Below, piece by piece: positions 60,801-64,000 of a stretch of DNA of 64,000 nucleotides. The translations under genes were made by a program, and so were the position numbers. Source of the stretch: Azolla caroliniana (lineage: Eukaryota > Plantae > Polypodiophyta); contig JBHGNT010000003.1 in NCBI GenBank assembly GCA_043228905.1, positions 6,634,001-6,698,000 on the forward strand, given 5' to 3'. A model generated the notes under the pieces. That model was given only the letters and a program-made list of their open reading frames with translations. It had not been told where the DNA came from and did no database searches. How positions within the stretch are numbered: position 1 is the first letter of the stretch; the number at the start of each line of letters is the position of its first letter.

Positions 60801-63005
60801 GATTTCACCTGCTCTTGTAGCTGATTGGTGTGAAAACTGTGAATCTATACAGTGATTCACATTATCGCAAAATCGAGAGAAAGGACGGCACCCATTCTTC
60901 TTCATGGACTGAACATCCCCACTAGCTGCATGACGTGGCCATCTATTGCATGATTGATCTCCGATGGAGGCAGTTACACCCCGATGAACTTGAGCGTTTT
61001 GCAGACCACATGAACATTTTAATGGGCTATCAGGAACTCCATTGAGCCTAGGTGAAGAAGGAGATGAACCCATGTGATATGCAACGGATCGAGATGATCC
61101 ATGGATAGTTTGAGCGTGTTTCCATGGAGAAGCTTGCACAAATGGTGACTTTCCATGTTCTTCAGCATTCCATGGAGATAATTCATACATAACTTGAGGG
61201 TGTTTTTGTGGAGAAACCTGCACAAATGGTGGCATTCCATGTTCTTCAGCATTTCCATAGCTTACATCATGTCCAGGAAAATTAGGATTTGGGAAGTCAT
61301 GAGAAGGCTGATGGTGAAATCTATGGAAGTTTTGTCTTTGCATATAATAATGCAAATCAGAATGCTCCATAGCATTACCACCAACTATACCACAATCCAC
61401 ATGAGATGGGTTAGGGTCTATAAAAGGCCAAGTTTCATCCTGTGGATTAATGGAGAGATCACGATGAACCATCCTTGGCGAATCTGACACAAACCAGCTG
61501 AATTGCTGTTCATGATGCCGATCGGTAGGCCTTATATGCTCCACATCATGTTTACATTGGCAATTAGCAAGCCTACACTGAGGTAGTGTAAGATTGTGAT
61601 GCGCTATTTTGGGAGATTCTGCAGCCATAGAAAATTGTGGATCGTGATGGGAAGTATTGGAAGAACTAGCCGACAGATCAAACTGATTATCGAATTCCCC
61701 TTCGAATTGCTGCGAATTGATCGCAACCTTGCTAAGCTGTTCCCTTAAGCCTTGAAGGCAAGCATCACTACCAGCAAAACCAGATTTGTAGCGAAGAGCC
61801 AAAGATGGTGAAGATGGAGCCGAGATTGGTGGTGTAGAGGGGACCTTAGAATGAGTCATAACATTAGGCATATCCATATCCTTAATGTAAGCCTTTCTAA
61901 GATATGCTTCTTGTTGCTGCTGTTGATGAAATCCCCGGCTTACGACTACTAAATCTTCACTAGTGTCTAAGCAAAGGTTACCATTGATTGCATTAACATA
62001 GAGTTGCTCTTGAGTGCTAGAATCACCATACTCTCCTTCTCCTCTTTCTGGTTTAGGCTCTGATACTACCACATCTATATCACCCGAAGAAGCAAAGAAG
62101 AACAGCCGGAGTCTACTACTATCACCCACCTTTTCACACTCTTCTATCATATTCTGCATATCATCATCCGATGTCACAGAAATCAATGCATCAAGATCTT
62201 CATTGGGAAGCTGATATTTAAGCCTGAATGGCCCTGTCAAATTAGAACCACTACTAAAGTAGCCGATCAGTTTACTCATAACATCACGAAACGAGGCTTT
62301 TCTTGCGACATTCAAGATATGAGTAACTCCTCCTACATATCTGAGCTTCCCATCCATCGGCCGAGGCATGATCTTTCCACCAAAACTACACATTAACTTG
62401 ATTTGATTATTGGTCGAAACCTTAAACCTAGCCGAATCAGCATCCACACCACCAATGGAGTTTATTCGAGCGGATGACAGGTCAGAATCGGAATGGGAAC
62501 GCAAAGTTGATACTTTTAATGGATCACCATGCTGCTTCCCCTTTACTGCGGTATGATTTTTCTGATTCATAGGGTCTAAGGGATACCCCATTGGATGGGT
62601 AGTATCTTCGTGCTCGTGGTGATGATCAAAGGAATTAGAGCTAGGGTTAGAACTTACCTCAGAAAGACGATGTGGTGGCCATGATGCTTTTTTGCTATCC
62701 TTACTACGATTTTCTTCATTACCAATGCCATATCCTTCATCGCCATGGCTAATATGCGGAGGAGGACGGACAGGAAGATTCGGGAAGGTGTCGCTGGAGC
62801 TGTCTAGGTCAGCGGAGAGGTGCTGCCGTGTGCAGAGATGATAAATTGGGGCAGGACATTCCTGATGGTGGTGGTGGTGGTGGTGACGAGGCAGATGTCG
62901 AAGAGGAAGATGAGTATGGTGAGGATGATGATCAGGATATGGGATATGGCGAACCGATGGGGATGAGGAGGGTTCAAGGGGGATATGAGCAGTGGAGAAC
63001 TTCAT
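57811..63005 (-). CDS. PB1-domain Raf-like MAPKKK (group B4), ~1505 aa, 8 exons
   Basis: Exons 63005-59427, 59331-59236, 59149-58997, 58894-58731, 58634-58487, 58377-58255, 58168-58081, 57977-57811 with consistent phases. PB1: [41 protein letters not shown]. Kinase: [35 protein letters not shown]. Confidence 0.96.
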
Positions 63006-63021
63006 GAGAAGACCATGAATC

Positions 63022-63213
63022 AGAAGAAGAAGAAGAAGAAGAAGAAGAATGGATTAGGTCAAGCACTGTTCTGTGTGTTTCTGTGTGTGTGCTTTCTTTC
63101 TATTTTATTTTAGAGGGGGGTTATGGCTATGGCGATGGCGAAAGCTCGGGCTGGTTTTTTGCTGCTACTCTGTTCTCTTCCTTCTGAAGAAGAAGAAGAA
63201 GAAGAAGAAGAAG
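63022..63213. repeat. two (GAA)n microsatellites in the kinase leader region
   Basis: Runs at ~63022-63049 and ~63186-63213. Confidence 0.9.
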
Positions 63214-63605
63214 AGTAGAGAGAGGAGAGAGAAATTAAAATTAAATTGGTTTTTAAAAAAACAAAAATCAATTATTGAGATCCCATTTATATTTTCCCAT
63301 TTTCTTTTTAAAATTTATTTGCACGCGATACATAATTTTGTTTTTTTAAAGACACGTAAACCAACCTTTTGATTTGTAATTCTTTTTATTTATCTCAATT
63401 ATCTTAAAATCGTTTTTTATTTTTTGTTCATTCAATTGTTTTTTAAAACTCTTTATTTATTTATTTTTGCCATTTATTTTCACTTATTTTTCCTTTTTTT
63501 CTTGTTTTATTTTCCACGCAATAATTTAGAGACACGTAAAGCTTTATTATTCATATTTTTCTCAATTATGTCGCAATTTCACCTCTTCGTCTTTTCTTAA
63601 TTACA

Positions 63606-63945
63606 ATTTGTAATTGTAAATTCTAGTTCCAATTTTAATTGTAAATTCTAATTTCGATTAATTGTAAATTCTAGTTCCAATTTTAATTGTAAATTCTAAT
63701 TTCGATTAATTGTAAATTCTAGTTCCAATTTTAATTGTAAATTCTAATGCCAATTGTAATTGTAAATTCTAATTTCAATTGTAATTGTAAATTCTAGTTC
63801 CAATTTTAATTGTAAATTCTAATGCCAATTGTAATTGTAAATTCTAATTCTAATTCTAATTTCAAATTTTAATTCTAATTTCTATTTTAATTATAAATCT
63901 AGTGTCAATCCTAATCCTAACTCTAATTTCCATTCTGATTCTAAA
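63606..63945. repeat. AT-rich ~24-bp minisatellite (48-bp dimer)
   Basis: AATTGTAAATTCTAGTTCCAATTTT alternates with AATTGTAAATTCTAATTTCGATT and decays to the right. Confidence 0.9.
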
Positions 63946-64000
63946 TTTATATAGTATTTTTAATTGAATTTATTTTCGCGTAAAAAACATCGACATATGT

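Overview
Eukaryotic nuclear DNA from a land plant. The compact, intron-containing genes, long PLS-class PPR genes and transposon types suggest a seed-free plant such as a fern; that assignment is inference. The left 11.3 kb holds the 3' part of a decayed Ty3/gypsy element (gag-PR, then RT-RH-INT in the -1 frame, PPT, LTR 4363-5051) and a complete, very young Ty1/copia element on the minus strand (6041-11338, TSD GTAAC, tRNA-iMet PBS, one nonsense codon). Six host genes follow: an 18-coding-exon ABC1 kinase/beta-lactamase fusion (ABC1K11-like), two PLS-E PPR genes, a seipin, a Treslin/TICRR-like gene with a U12-type intron, and a PB1-domain B4 Raf-like kinase. Many minisatellites and small MITE/LINE remnants lie between them. 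The most striking unexplained structure is a ~1-kb-armed inverted repeat (17350-20712) inside the predicted 5'UTR intron of the ABC1K gene. It consists of two facing copies of a Penelope-like retroelement (RT fragment GRPICAC...SKWLHQLLHP...LKDS). Both arms carry conserved hairpins, one of which loops out a telomeric, telomerase-template-like sequence. Other highlights are a slippery-site plus pseudoknot -1 frameshift signal placed after the gypsy protease, and in-frame early stop codons in both PPR genes. All coordinates and alignments were read by eye; no searches were run.
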